38,549 nucleotides of DNA from a virus, in IMG/VR virus record IMGVR_UViG_3300025892_000004, positions 1 through 38,549 of that record; one strand, given 5' to 3'. The translations under genes were made by a program, and so were the position numbers. Positions 1 to 9,682 of the stretch are shown in pieces (positions within the stretch are counted from its first letter, which is position 1; each line of letters opens with the position of its first letter). The notes under the pieces were generated by a model. That model saw nothing but the letters and a program-made list of their open reading frames with translations. It ran no database searches and was not told the origin of the DNA.

Positions 1-127
1 GATAACTCTGCACCAAACACTGTGACGAACTCAGGTATCTTAGGAACAGGTACGTCAAACCGTACGTCAGGTGGACCAAGTGTTCGCTCGATCATGGGTT
101 CTTCGGGCATGAAGACCAGCAACAGAC
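1..127. repeat. End-overlap copy A (identical to 38423-38549)
   Basis: Base-by-base comparison shows exact 127/127 identity with the last 127 nt of the window. The overlap lies inside a coding region. Confidence 0.95.
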
Positions 128-825
128 GTGGATCTAACATCCCCAACATGCTCATAGACAGAAACGAGTCTCTTATCCGTATCGGTGGAGCAATGTACGG
201 TGGTGCGCTTCAAGGTAACGGAATTACTGCCGCTACTGAAGCGTATGGCAACATCCAAGACGCAAACCGTAAAGCAGACGCGGCTAGATTTAAGATTGAA
301 GAGGCTAGAAGACTAGCAGCCGCTAAAGCAGCCTCCAGAGGTGGAGGCGGTAGAGGTGGTAAAGGCAAAGGCATGACGTCAAATCAAGTCAGCGACGTTA
401 TGTTTAACTACCAGAAAGCATTGAATGCAATCCGCGATAGCCGAGCGGCAGGTGGAAATCTGACTGGAATTGGAGGTATCGCAAAATCATTTGTTGATAG
501 TTTTACAGGTGACGATGACGCCGCACGTCGCTTAATCTTATCAAGAGTTAAAATTGACGATACCTTACTACGAGTTGCCGAGACTAAAGGTGCAATCTCT
601 AACGCTGAGATGAAACTATTTTTGGAACCTGCACCGAAGAACTATGAAGACGAAGCGATCTGGGAAGCATGGATCCTAGATCGAATGGAGGCTCTTCAGA
701 GAGTCCAAAGCAGACTTGATGCTAATTATGAACTTCCAACCACAGAGAGATCTTCTAGTTCCAATGTATCTACACAGTCTGGATCAGGCGATGGTCAATA
801 CACAGTCGAGCAAATTGCAGATTAG
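1..825 (+). CDS. Virion (internal/ejection-like) protein, 3' part of the junction-spanning 585-aa gene
   Basis: Position 1 is a codon start in the same frame as the ORF opening at 37490, so 37490..38422 plus 1..825 gives 585 codons plus stop. The protein is Gly/Ala/Arg-rich with a coiled-coil-like segment and lies among internal-virion-sized genes. Confidence 0.7.
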   Translation, partial: DNSAPNTVTNSGILGTGTSNRTSGGPSVRSIMGSSGMKTSNRRGSNIPNMLIDRNESLIRIGGAMYGGALQGNGITAATEAYGNIQDANRKADAARFKIEEARRLAAAKAASRGGGGRGGKGKGMTSNQVSDVMFNYQKALNAIRDSRAAGGNLTGIGGIAKSFVDSFTGDDDAARRLILSRVKIDDTLLRVAETKGAISNAEMKLFLEPAPKNYEDEAIWEAWILDRMEALQRVQSRLDANYELPTTERSSSSNVSTQSGSGDGQYTVEQIAD

Positions 826-837
826 GAAGGCTAACAC

Positions 838-3800
838 ATGCCAACATTTAAAATCACGGCTCCTGATGGACGTAAGTTCAAGATAACAGGACCGAATAAA
901 GAAGGTGCGTTGGCAGCCTTAAAGGCCCAACTGGCTCAAGAAACTCAAGCAGCGCAGACTGAGGCTCCAGACACAAGTTTGTCTGGTGCCGTACAGTACG
1001 GCTTTAACCAAGCCCAGAGCATGGCAGGTAAAGGCATCCAAAGTGCAGGTGAACTAACAGGTAGTGAGACACTTGAGAATGTCGGTCAGGCCATGGCTGA
1101 AAAGAACCAAGCCGAAGCAGATGCCCTCAACTATCAAAGACCAGAGAATGCAGACGGTATCATCAAGAACCTAAGAGAGGGCGACATCGGTGGTGCAGGT
1201 AAGTCTCTATTGTACTCAGCGGCTGAAGCGGCTCCACAGGTTGGTGTTGGTGTAGGTACATCTATCGCCGCAGGTGCAGCAATGGCAGGTGCTCCAGTAG
1301 TAGGCGGTACTCTTGCTGCAGGTGGTACACTTTTAGGTATTAACCAAGCACTTGGTGCTAATAGAGCCGAGAAAGAAGATAAGGGCCTAGATCCCACGGC
1401 TACAGTCACTGACCTATCCACAGCAATCGCTAGTGGTGTCATCGAACTTACGCCTCTAAAAGGTGGCGGTGCTACTCTTAGAGTTCTACGAGAAGGCGCT
1501 CAAGAGATGGGACAAGAGGGTCTCATTATCGGTGGTACAGCCGTCCAAGGCGGTGAGTATGTACCAGAAGAGATCGTCACACGAGTAGCTGAAGCAGGTA
1601 TCGTAGGTGCCACAATCTCAAAAGGTGTCAACACCACCATCTCCACCGTGAATAAAGCAGGTGAAACTGTATTCCGTACAAAAGCAGATTTAGACCCAGA
1701 GACTGGTCAGGCTGCAGGTGATGTCGCAAGGATGATGGACGAGATTGCCAAAAGTGAAGGCTACAACCTCCGTAATGTAGACCCATCTTCGAAAAAAGGT
1801 GCCGAAGCAACTCTTGCCGCTGCAAGAAGCCGAGTAATGGCTGATATTGATCAAAACATGCTTGTTCTTAGAGGAGAGATACTAAAGAATGCCGACGCAG
1901 AAACCAAAGCCAGATTTAAACAAACCCTTCGACAAGCCACCAACAAAATATCTAATACGGTCACGAAAGAAAACCTCGACTTTGTTAAACAGAAAGTTGG
2001 GGGGACATACGAAGGGAGATCACTATTAAATGCTCTTCGTAAATCTAATGTAATCACCGAAGTCTATTCTTCTGGACTTAAAGGCGGTATTTCACAGTTT
2101 ACTGACAATTTTAATCCTCTACCTCGCTTTGGTAGGGGCTACACTCCTGCAGGTTTGCTCACCGGAAACATTAACATGGGTGCCGCTGCCGCTACTGGAG
2201 GTCAGACGCTAGCAATACAGATACCTGCAGTCGTAGGCGGTCGAGCAATCGATGCTATGACAGGCAGACGGAGCAAGGTGAACACCTTCATCAGGAAGAA
2301 CCGTAAGAAAGAAGGCTTGGCAGATCCGACAGGACCTAGAGTCGAAGGGCGTACAGCCGCTCTTAGGGCAGCCGCCAAGCAACAAGCAGCCGCTAAGAAA
2401 GATGCAGGTCAGAAAAGGTTACAGGCTACTTATGTGGCTCAATACCAAGAAGGCCAACCTCCTAACGACGGCGGTCCGAGAGGAACAATGTTTACCGCTA
2501 TAAACGCAGTAGATCCTACGATCCAACAGAACATGACACCTCGAGAAATCGATCAAATGATTGATGAGATCCTAACAAGACAAGAGCAAAGGTATTCTAG
2601 TCGAGACGATGCAAATGCCGGAATCATGCTTAGAGCCATCAAAGAATATAGGCAAATGCTTGAGACTGGACGCATGTCAAAGGACGAAGGACCTTTAAGT
2701 ACTGCTATTGCTTTGGTTAAAGACATGCTTCCAAGACAGTCAGTGCAGACGCCTCCACAAGGCGGTAATCCTCTTCCTCCTGGGCAGAATACGCCAGTCG
2801 ATGAAAGACCTGCTAGAGTTCGAGATGGAATTGCCGGAAACCGTGCTTTTCTTGATGGTTTAGGTACTCGTGTCGATGAATCAACAGCATCTACTGTTGA
2901 TAAGGCGACTTTAAAGCAAGCGATAGGGGATATGCGTCTGAACTTAGGCTCAGATCCTGTGCCAAAAGTTAAGTCTATTATAAGTAAGGCCGAAGGCAAT
3001 CTTACAGACAAAAAACTTGCAGATCAGTACTTAAAACCCTATTTAGACAGGGTAGAGATGCAGCAAGCCGCTCGTAAGGCCAAAGCATCAAGAGCGAAAC
3101 CAAAGGCTAAACCAAATGCCCCAAGTCAAGAAACAGGTACAGGAGATCAAGGAGGTGACGTACGCCCCGATGGAGGCACCCCTCCCATCCTTGAAACCCC
3201 ACCAGATGAGGGACCCAAAGTTAAAAAGCCTACTAAAGGTAAAACCAAAGGGAACCTACCAGAAGCCGAAGCCTTAATTGAAGTAGGCAAAGTAGGTACG
3301 AAGTACGAGAACGGCATTCAAGATGTCGATACGGCTCTTGAGGTTTCAAGGCTTCTTGGAATTACTGCAAAAATGATGAACTCTGGAACTGCGCTGCAGA
3401 AAGCAGCCGGAGTAGGTAGAGGTACTATCGCAACTCATAATTGGAACAGAAACAAGAAAGGCTTCGGTAGTAGTATTTTCTTTATAAAGCCTTTCGGAAG
3501 TTACAAAGGTAAGAAAACATCTGCCTTAGACTCATTACATAGTGCGCTCCACGAGATGGGTCACGCACTTACTCAAGGTAATCTTGATGGTAAAGGTGAG
3601 TTTGGTATGGCGTTCGTCAAGAACATGCGTAAGGGTACAGATCCTGTTGGTGCAAACTCCTACAACTTCTCTGTCATGAAACCATTGCTTGAAGCAAAAG
3701 GTACGGATCCTCGTAAGAACCCTCTGATTGCTGAGATCATAGCGTTCCAAGAAAGTGCTAAAGGTGGTTTTACTCAAAATAACCCGAGTGAAAGTATACA

Positions 3801-4170
3801 GGCACGTCCTGACATCGTTAGATACCTCAAGAATATTCAAAAGGCTGAAGCAAGTGGTGACGAAGCCGCACAACAGACTTGGCGACGTAATTTAGAGCGT
3901 TTCAGAACTTACACTGAAAATGTGAATGAGTTAACTGTAGATCCAATGTGGCTGTATCTGATGAATCCAAAATTAGCCAAAGAGATCATGCCTCTTAATG
4001 CTAAAGCAATACGAGAAGAGTTTAGGAAAGCCGGAAACAAAAAGATCCAGTTTTACTCACATCCGTTTGCCACAATCCTAGCCGCTGTTATGGGCATGGG
4101 AATGTTAGCATCCCTCGGACTCGAGGAACCTGATGAAGAGGTTATGCCAAGCGGCATCCTAACAGCGTAA
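838..4170 (+). CDS. Large internal virion / ejection-type protein with a putative zincin (HExxH) metallopeptidase domain
   Basis: This 1110-aa ORF is the largest gene, has SD AGGAAGG upstream, and sits just before the terminase genes (a T7 gp16-like position). It has an N-terminal FKITAPDGRKFKITGP motif and Ala/Gly- and Lys/Pro-rich linkers. HEMGH lies at nt 3550-3564, and there is a C-terminal hydrophobic helix FATILAAVMGMGMLASLGL. Confidence 0.6.
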   Translation: MPTFKITAPDGRKFKITGPNKEGALAALKAQLAQETQAAQTEAPDTSLSGAVQYGFNQAQSMAGKGIQSAGELTGSETLENVGQAMAEKNQAEADALNYQRPENADGIIKNLREGDIGGAGKSLLYSAAEAAPQVGVGVGTSIAAGAAMAGAPVVGGTLAAGGTLLGINQALGANRAEKEDKGLDPTATVTDLSTAIASGVIELTPLKGGGATLRVLREGAQEMGQEGLIIGGTAVQGGEYVPEEIVTRVAEAGIVGATISKGVNTTISTVNKAGETVFRTKADLDPETGQAAGDVARMMDEIAKSEGYNLRNVDPSSKKGAEATLAAARSRVMADIDQNMLVLRGEILKNADAETKARFKQTLRQATNKISNTVTKENLDFVKQKVGGTYEGRSLLNALRKSNVITEVYSSGLKGGISQFTDNFNPLPRFGRGYTPAGLLTGNINMGAAAATGGQTLAIQIPAVVGGRAIDAMTGRRSKVNTFIRKNRKKEGLADPTGPRVEGRTAALRAAAKQQAAAKKDAGQKRLQATYVAQYQEGQPPNDGGPRGTMFTAINAVDPTIQQNMTPREIDQMIDEILTRQEQRYSSRDDANAGIMLRAIKEYRQMLETGRMSKDEGPLSTAIALVKDMLPRQSVQTPPQGGNPLPPGQNTPVDERPARVRDGIAGNRAFLDGLGTRVDESTASTVDKATLKQAIGDMRLNLGSDPVPKVKSIISKAEGNLTDKKLADQYLKPYLDRVEMQQAARKAKASRAKPKAKPNAPSQETGTGDQGGDVRPDGGTPPILETPPDEGPKVKKPTKGKTKGNLPEAEALIEVGKVGTKYENGIQDVDTALEVSRLLGITAKMMNSGTALQKAAGVGRGTIATHNWNRNKKGFGSSIFFIKPFGSYKGKKTSALDSLHSALHEMGHALTQGNLDGKGEFGMAFVKNMRKGTDPVGANSYNFSVMKPLLEAKGTDPRKNPLIAEIIAFQESAKGGFTQNNPSESIQARPDIVRYLKNIQKAEASGDEAAQQTWRRNLERFRTYTENVNELTVDPMWLYLMNPKLAKEIMPLNAKAIREEFRKAGNKKIQFYSHPFATILAAVMGMGMLASLGLEEPDEEVMPSGILTA

Positions 4171-4193
4171 AGAGGCCCTTCGGGGCCTTTTCT
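4171..4193 (+). terminator. Rho-independent-type terminator after the 1110-aa gene
   Basis: Stem AGGCCC (4173-4178), TTCG loop, stem GGGCCT (4183-4188), then TTTCT. It starts immediately after the stop codon. Confidence 0.7.
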
Positions 4194-4209
4194 ACATATG
4201 GAGACTTAT

Positions 4210-4710
4210 ATGGTCGCACCAAAGAAGCCTCGGAAGAAAGCACCAAAGAAGGAACTTACTCACCCGAAAAAGGCAAATCACGGCAAAGCAAACTATTTCA
4301 CTACACTCATGTCTACACCAGAAGGCAGGGCATTGAGGAAGCAGTGGTCAAGTAAGCCTAAGAAAAATGCAGGACGCCCACGAGGAACTCCAGACGGTTA
4401 CACTGCAGAGATGATCAAGCCGATCAGAAAACAAGCAAAAGCAGATGCTGAAAGGATTGTTGCGATAATGGCTAAAGAAAACGATATCGACGACGAATTT
4501 GCAGTCGAAGCACTCAAGACAGCCGTCGAGATAATGCGCGAACCTGCACAAAATAGAGACCGCCTTACAGCGGCTCGAATGGTCTTGGATTTCACTAAGA
4601 CAAAACCTGCCGCTAAGAGCGAAGTCACAATCGGTAAGGCAGAAGCCTTCTTGGAGTCGCTGTTAGACAGCGATGAGGAACAAGAAGAGCAAAATGGACA
4701 AGAAACTTAA
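4210..4710 (+). CDS. terS: Terminase small subunit (putative)
   Basis: Lies directly upstream of and overlapping terL. It has a basic N-terminus with GRPRG, and a RDRLTAARMVLDFTKTKP segment typical of small terminases. GGAG lies 6 nt before the ATG at 4210; the longest ORF starts at 4198. Confidence 0.6.
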   Translation: MVAPKKPRKKAPKKELTHPKKANHGKANYFTTLMSTPEGRALRKQWSSKPKKNAGRPRGTPDGYTAEMIKPIRKQAKADAERIVAIMAKENDIDDEFAVEALKTAVEIMREPAQNRDRLTAARMVLDFTKTKPAAKSEVTIGKAEAFLESLLDSDEEQEEQNGQET

Positions 4711-6265
4711 AGCAGTCAGACAACGACTATTTGATGACTTCGACTTCTACGCAAAATCAGCCCTAAAGATTAGAACTAAAGATGGAGACATACAGTCTCT
4801 CAATCTCAAACCTGCACAGAAGTTACTTCAAGATGCAGTGGACAAACAGTTAGAGTCTGAGGGTAAAGTTCGTATCATAATACTCAAGGCGAGGCAGCAA
4901 GGTCTTAGTACCTATTGCGGTGGTTATCTCTACCACAATGTGTCTCAGCGGAAGGCCTGTAAGGCACTGGTGATTACTCATCATTCTGACAGTACTAGAG
5001 CATTGTTTGATATGACTAAGAGGTATCATGAGAACTGTCCTGAGTTACTAAAGCCTCACACTAAATACTCATCTCGCCGTGAACTTACATTTGACGTCTT
5101 AGATAGTTCTTATGTTGTTGCGACGGCAGGAGGTGAAAGTATTGGTCGAGGTGAGACTTTAACCCATGTTCATGCTTCTGAAATAGCGTTTTGGTCCAAG
5201 TCCACGGCGCTAGAGAACTGGAACGGCCTCACACAAGCAGTCCCAAGCAAAAAGGGAACTGCAATCTTTGTAGAGAGTACGGCTAACGGTGTTAGTGGTG
5301 TTTTCTATGATCTGTGGAGAGGAGCCGTCGAGGGTAAAAATGGATACATACCTGTCTTCATTCCTTGGCATTTAGACCCCGACTATCGGGAACCAGTTCC
5401 TGAGAACTTCGAACAGACACCAGAAGAGGAAGAACTAGTTGAGAAGTATGGTCTCGATGATGAGCAACTTATGTTTAGGCGACGGAAGATCGCCCAGAAC
5501 GGAATTGATCTATTCAAACAAGAGTACCCTATCGAGGCTGAAGAAGCCTTCCTCACAACTGGGAGACCAGTGTTTAATCCAGAGACATTACAAGAGTCTC
5601 TCAACGATGCTCCAGACCCTATCAATCGACTGGCGCTTGAAGGCGATGAGTGGCTAGAGAACCCTAGAGGCGAACTATCACTCTACAAGAAACATGATGC
5701 CGGAGAGAAATATACGATTGGTGCAGATGTCGCTATGGGCGTGTCCGGTGGAGACTGGAGTGTAGCACAAGTCTTGGACTCGAAGAAAAGGCAAGTAGCC
5801 ACATATCGAGCCAGAGTGCATCCTGACTACTTTGCAGAAGTTCTTTTTGCTTTAGGTACGTTCTTCAACGAGGCTCTTATAATTGTAGAGAACAACAGTC
5901 ACGGCATACTGACCTGCACAAGGCTCGGTAAAGACATGGCTTATCCAAATTTCTACACTGAGATCCAAGTCGATAAACTTACAGACAAAGAGACCGTAAA
6001 ACTCGGTTTCACAACAACCTCCAAAACTAAACCACTTGTCATCGATGAACTGAGGGCAACGACTAGGGATGGAACAATCGAACTTAACGATAAAGTCACT
6101 ATCCGCGAAATGCTTACATATATCGTCAACAACAGCGGCGGTATGGAAGCAGAGAGTGGTTGCTTTGACGACTGTGTAATGAGTTTAGCACTCGCCAATC
6201 ACATTCACGAAGGTGTCTGGACACCAATAGATGCAGTCGATGAATTTTACATTGAGATGGTTTAG
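4673..6265 (+). CDS. terL: Terminase large subunit
   Basis: A 530-aa ORF (alternative start 4694) immediately upstream of the portal gene. It has a P-loop-like KARQQGLST segment and an acidic nuclease-half pattern. Size and position are typical of TerL. Confidence 0.8.
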   Translation: MRNKKSKMDKKLKAVRQRLFDDFDFYAKSALKIRTKDGDIQSLNLKPAQKLLQDAVDKQLESEGKVRIIILKARQQGLSTYCGGYLYHNVSQRKACKALVITHHSDSTRALFDMTKRYHENCPELLKPHTKYSSRRELTFDVLDSSYVVATAGGESIGRGETLTHVHASEIAFWSKSTALENWNGLTQAVPSKKGTAIFVESTANGVSGVFYDLWRGAVEGKNGYIPVFIPWHLDPDYREPVPENFEQTPEEEELVEKYGLDDEQLMFRRRKIAQNGIDLFKQEYPIEAEEAFLTTGRPVFNPETLQESLNDAPDPINRLALEGDEWLENPRGELSLYKKHDAGEKYTIGADVAMGVSGGDWSVAQVLDSKKRQVATYRARVHPDYFAEVLFALGTFFNEALIIVENNSHGILTCTRLGKDMAYPNFYTEIQVDKLTDKETVKLGFTTTSKTKPLVIDELRATTRDGTIELNDKVTIREMLTYIVNNSGGMEAESGCFDDCVMSLALANHIHEGVWTPIDAVDEFYIEMV

Positions 6266-6267
6266 AT

Positions 6268-8295
6268 ATGAAATCAGAAGAATTACAAAAACTTGATGAC
6301 GAAAAGATACTATCAATAGTCGATCAGAACTTGAGACGATCAATAGGCTACTACGATAGTGAACTGTCGAAAGAGCGGCAAAAGGTTATGGACTACTACT
6401 CAGCCCATCTACCTAAACCTGCACACGACGGAAACTCTAAGTACGTTTCGCAGGACGTCTACGATGCTGTAGAGTCGATGAAGGCTGCACTACTGGAGAC
6501 CTTTAGCACAGGTAACAAAACTCTTCGCTTTGCTCCCCAGAATGTGGACGACGTAAAGATGGCTGAAGTCTGCACAGAGTACACAGACTACGTTCTCCAT
6601 CGGCAAAATAATCTTTTCGAAACTATGCAGACAGTGATTCACGATGGACTGATTGCAAGGGCAGGTATCTGTAAAGTCTACTGGGATCAGAGGACTGAAA
6701 GCCACCTTGAAGACATTGAGGATCTCACAGAAGAAGAACTGGACATGCGTCTAGCAGATGAGATGACTGAGATCGAAGAGGTCGAGACAGACGAATACGG
6801 AATGAACAATGGTCAACTTCGGATCTACAGAGACGCATCACAGGTAAAAATAGAAGCCGTTGCTCCGGAAGAGTTCCTCATTGAGCCTCAATGTAAATCT
6901 TTAGACAGTGCTATGTTTCTGGCTCACAGAACCAAGAAGTCACTCTCAGATCTAATCGAGATGGGCTATGACGAAGATGTGGTCATGGACATCAATGACG
7001 AAGATAATGACTTCGACAATGACCCAGAGATCTTATCGCGTTTTAACGAGATCGGTGCAGACCGAGGTTTTAATACAAACAGCAGCCAGAAGATGTCCAG
7101 ACAGGTGACTGTCGTCGAGGCTTTCATGGAACTTGATAAGTATGGAGAGGGCGTTTGTTCTCTTTATCGTATAGTTAAGTCCGGTGGTACAATGTTGGAG
7201 TGTGAAGAGGTCCAAAGATTGCCATTCGTGGCTTTTGTTCCTCTACCTATTCCACACGCCTTCCATGGTAACAACTTTGCAGACAAACTAGTGGCGATAC
7301 AGAATGCACGTACAGTTCTAACACGCTCCATCCTCGACCACGCTATGGTCACCAACAACCCTAGATATACAGTCGTTAAAGGCGGTCTTACTAACCCACG
7401 CGAACTTATCGACAATCGCGTTGGCGGCATTGTCAATGTGACTAGGCCCGACGCAATCAACCCAATGCCTCAAGCAAGTCTCAATCCATTTGTGTTCCAA
7501 ACGATAAGCATGTTGGATCAAGACAAAGAGGATACAAGTGGCGTCTCTCGATTGTCACAGGGATTAAACAAAGACGCCATCAGTCACCAAAATTCGGCTG
7601 CGATGGTCGAACAACTAGCAAGCATGAGCCAACAAAGGCAAAAGATCATTGCTAGAAACTTCGCCAACAACTTCTTGAAACCTCTCTTTCTCAAGGTCTA
7701 CCAGATCTGCGTAGAGAACGAGACAGAAGAGAAGATCGTTGAGTTAGCAGGAATGTATGTGAATATCACACCCGCACAATGGGCAGACAAGCGTGACGTT
7801 ATGGTTGAGTTCAACCTCGGCTACGGCGAACAGGAGACGCAGATCACTAAGCATCTGATGTTTCACTCACTGTTCTCTCAGGACCCAACTTTAGGTCAAA
7901 TGTACGGACCAGAACAGAAGCATCAGATGCTTGCTAAGATCCTCGATATGTCTGGGATCAAGAACGTAGCTGACTTCTTGAAAGATCCGAAGATGATCCC
8001 ACCACCACAACCAGATCCAAATCAACAGATGCAAATGCAAATGGCGCAGAAGCAACTTGAGATTTCGGATCGTCAAACTCAGGTTGCCGAACAAAAGACA
8101 GCCTTTGAAGCAGAGATTGGTCGTATGAAACTCGAACTTGATGCACTCAAGGCAGAGAGAGATTACGCCCTCAAGTCGGACAAGATGGATCTCCAAGAGA
8201 GCCAACAACAGCATAAAGAGATGGTGAACCTCGAAGAACTCGAGATCGCTAGAAATGCTGAAGATGTTCGAGCAATAGCAAGCCCTAATGGATAA
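6268..8295 (+). CDS. Portal protein
   Basis: A 675-aa ORF starting 2 nt after terL. It has a long C-terminal coiled-coil (QMQMQMAQKQLEISDRQTQVAEQKTAFEAEIGRMKLELDALKAERD) like a P22-type portal barrel, and a scaffold/capsid pair follows. Confidence 0.8.
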   Translation: MKSEELQKLDDEKILSIVDQNLRRSIGYYDSELSKERQKVMDYYSAHLPKPAHDGNSKYVSQDVYDAVESMKAALLETFSTGNKTLRFAPQNVDDVKMAEVCTEYTDYVLHRQNNLFETMQTVIHDGLIARAGICKVYWDQRTESHLEDIEDLTEEELDMRLADEMTEIEEVETDEYGMNNGQLRIYRDASQVKIEAVAPEEFLIEPQCKSLDSAMFLAHRTKKSLSDLIEMGYDEDVVMDINDEDNDFDNDPEILSRFNEIGADRGFNTNSSQKMSRQVTVVEAFMELDKYGEGVCSLYRIVKSGGTMLECEEVQRLPFVAFVPLPIPHAFHGNNFADKLVAIQNARTVLTRSILDHAMVTNNPRYTVVKGGLTNPRELIDNRVGGIVNVTRPDAINPMPQASLNPFVFQTISMLDQDKEDTSGVSRLSQGLNKDAISHQNSAAMVEQLASMSQQRQKIIARNFANNFLKPLFLKVYQICVENETEEKIVELAGMYVNITPAQWADKRDVMVEFNLGYGEQETQITKHLMFHSLFSQDPTLGQMYGPEQKHQMLAKILDMSGIKNVADFLKDPKMIPPPQPDPNQQMQMQMAQKQLEISDRQTQVAEQKTAFEAEIGRMKLELDALKAERDYALKSDKMDLQESQQQHKEMVNLEELEIARNAEDVRAIASPNG

Positions 8296-8569
8296 AGGAA
8301 CTATGACAACACAAGAAGAGCAAATGATTCAGCAGGGCGATGAGGTCGAGCAAATCTTAGGATCCTCGGCATTCAACGCCACTATTAACGAACTAGTAGA
8401 CGAGGCTTTCAAAGCATTCGTCAACACAGAACCTCACGAACATGAAAGACGTGAGACTTCATATCGCCACTATCGCGCACTTGTAGACGTGGTGAACCAT
8501 TTTAAACATAAAGTCGCGGTGCGAGATAGCATCAAAGAGAACGGCGACACTAGCCAAGAAGAGGACTAG
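8288..8569 (+). CDS. Hypothetical protein (93 aa)
   Basis: This ORF overlaps the portal stop by 8 nt and fills the portal-scaffold gap. It is acidic with no recognisable motif. Confidence 0.6.
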   Translation: MDKGTMTTQEEQMIQQGDEVEQILGSSAFNATINELVDEAFKAFVNTEPHEHERRETSYRHYRALVDVVNHFKHKVAVRDSIKENGDTSQEED

Positions 8570-8573
8570 CACC

Positions 8574-9644
8574 ATGTCAAACGTGCAAAAGACCGAATCT
8601 GAACCTCGCGCACTGGATCTCAGTGACGCGGCTGACGCCATCCTAAATCGTTGGGAAGACGCTGAAAAGCCATCTGAAGACGAAGAAGTGGAGGCAACAA
8701 CTGAAGACGTCGATGAGACAGACGTAGAAGAAGTTGAAATTGAGGAAGCAGAAGAACTCGAAGACGACGAAGAGTACGAAGCGGACCCTGATGAAGAGGA
8801 AGAAACCGAAGACCAAGAAGAAGACGACGATGAGGACGATGAGGAAGACGATACCACTGAAGAAGTGGAAGTCGCCTCTGACGACACAGTTGTTGAACTC
8901 AAGGTCAACGGTGAAACCAAACAGGTATCTGTGAAAGACTTGAAGCGACTGGCAGGTCAGGAAGCATCTCTCACTAAAAAGTCTCAAGACTTAGCCGAAC
9001 AACGTAAAATCGCAGACAAAGACTTTGTGAGGACTACGGTGTCATATCAGAAACTCTTAGAACGCGCTCAAGAGCGATTAAAGCCATATTCCGATATGGA
9101 CATGATGGTTGCTCAGTCCCAGATGGACACTGAAACATTTGCCCAATTGAGGCAAGATGCGCGTCAGGCCGAAGAGGACGTAAAGTTCCTCGAGGAAGAA
9201 AGCAACGCCTTGCTGCAAGAGATGCAAACTCAGCAACAGTCTGCAGTCCAACAAGCCGCGAAAGAATGTATTCGTGTGTTAGAGGACACAATTCCAGACT
9301 GGGGCAACGAGATGTATAACGACATCAGGACGTATGCAGTCAAAAACGGCCTACCTCAAAACCAAGTAGATCAGTACACAGATCCAAACGTGATCATGTT
9401 GCTAAACAAGGCTCGTCTTTATGATGAAACTAAAGCGACGGCCCAATCAAAGAAGGCTAAAGCCAAAGTGACTAAAAAGACAAAGAAGACCAAAGTTTTG
9501 AGTTCTAAGAAATCCCCACCTACCAAAACTCAGATTAAGAAGGCCAATGCCCAGAGGGCGCAGGAAAAACTTCGAAATAATCCAAAGTACGGCGGTGGCA
9601 TGGATGACATTGCAGATGCCCTAATGGCACGTTGGGAAAGTTAG
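8574..9644 (+). CDS. Scaffolding protein (putative)
   Basis: A 356-aa ORF between portal and capsid. It has an extreme Asp/Glu tract (roughly nt 8670-8890), helical Gln/Glu/Lys-rich segments and a basic C-terminus. Confidence 0.7.
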   Translation: MSNVQKTESEPRALDLSDAADAILNRWEDAEKPSEDEEVEATTEDVDETDVEEVEIEEAEELEDDEEYEADPDEEEETEDQEEDDDEDDEEDDTTEEVEVASDDTVVELKVNGETKQVSVKDLKRLAGQEASLTKKSQDLAEQRKIADKDFVRTTVSYQKLLERAQERLKPYSDMDMMVAQSQMDTETFAQLRQDARQAEEDVKFLEEESNALLQEMQTQQQSAVQQAAKECIRVLEDTIPDWGNEMYNDIRTYAVKNGLPQNQVDQYTDPNVIMLLNKARLYDETKATAQSKKAKAKVTKKTKKTKVLSSKKSPPTKTQIKKANAQRAQEKLRNNPKYGGGMDDIADALMARWES

Positions 9645-9682
9645 TCTTTCCACTTCAAACTTTAATTTAAGGAAACTTAATA

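Noticed and set aside
1-127. 127-bp direct terminal repeat as the genuine physical genome terminus (T7-style DTR)
   Set aside because: It lies inside a continuous 585-codon ORF, and its length equals a common assembler k-mer. Circular assembly overlap is the more parsimonious reading. It cannot be proven without reads.
1990-2015. Extra TATGTCCCCC promoter-like hit on the minus strand inside the 1110-aa gene (and GTCCCCC hits at 16187 and 30672)
   Set aside because: GTCCCCC occurs about as often as chance predicts in 38 kb. These copies lack the downstream T-N3-4-GAAG part and lie inside coding sequence, in an antisense or irrelevant orientation.
8459-8987. Minus-strand ORFs 8459-8920 (Ser-rich, 153 aa) and 8643-8987, and plus-strand 8734-8934
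   Set aside because: They are frame or antisense shadows of the GAA/GAC-rich acidic tract of the scaffold gene. They are homopolymeric low complexity with no SD.
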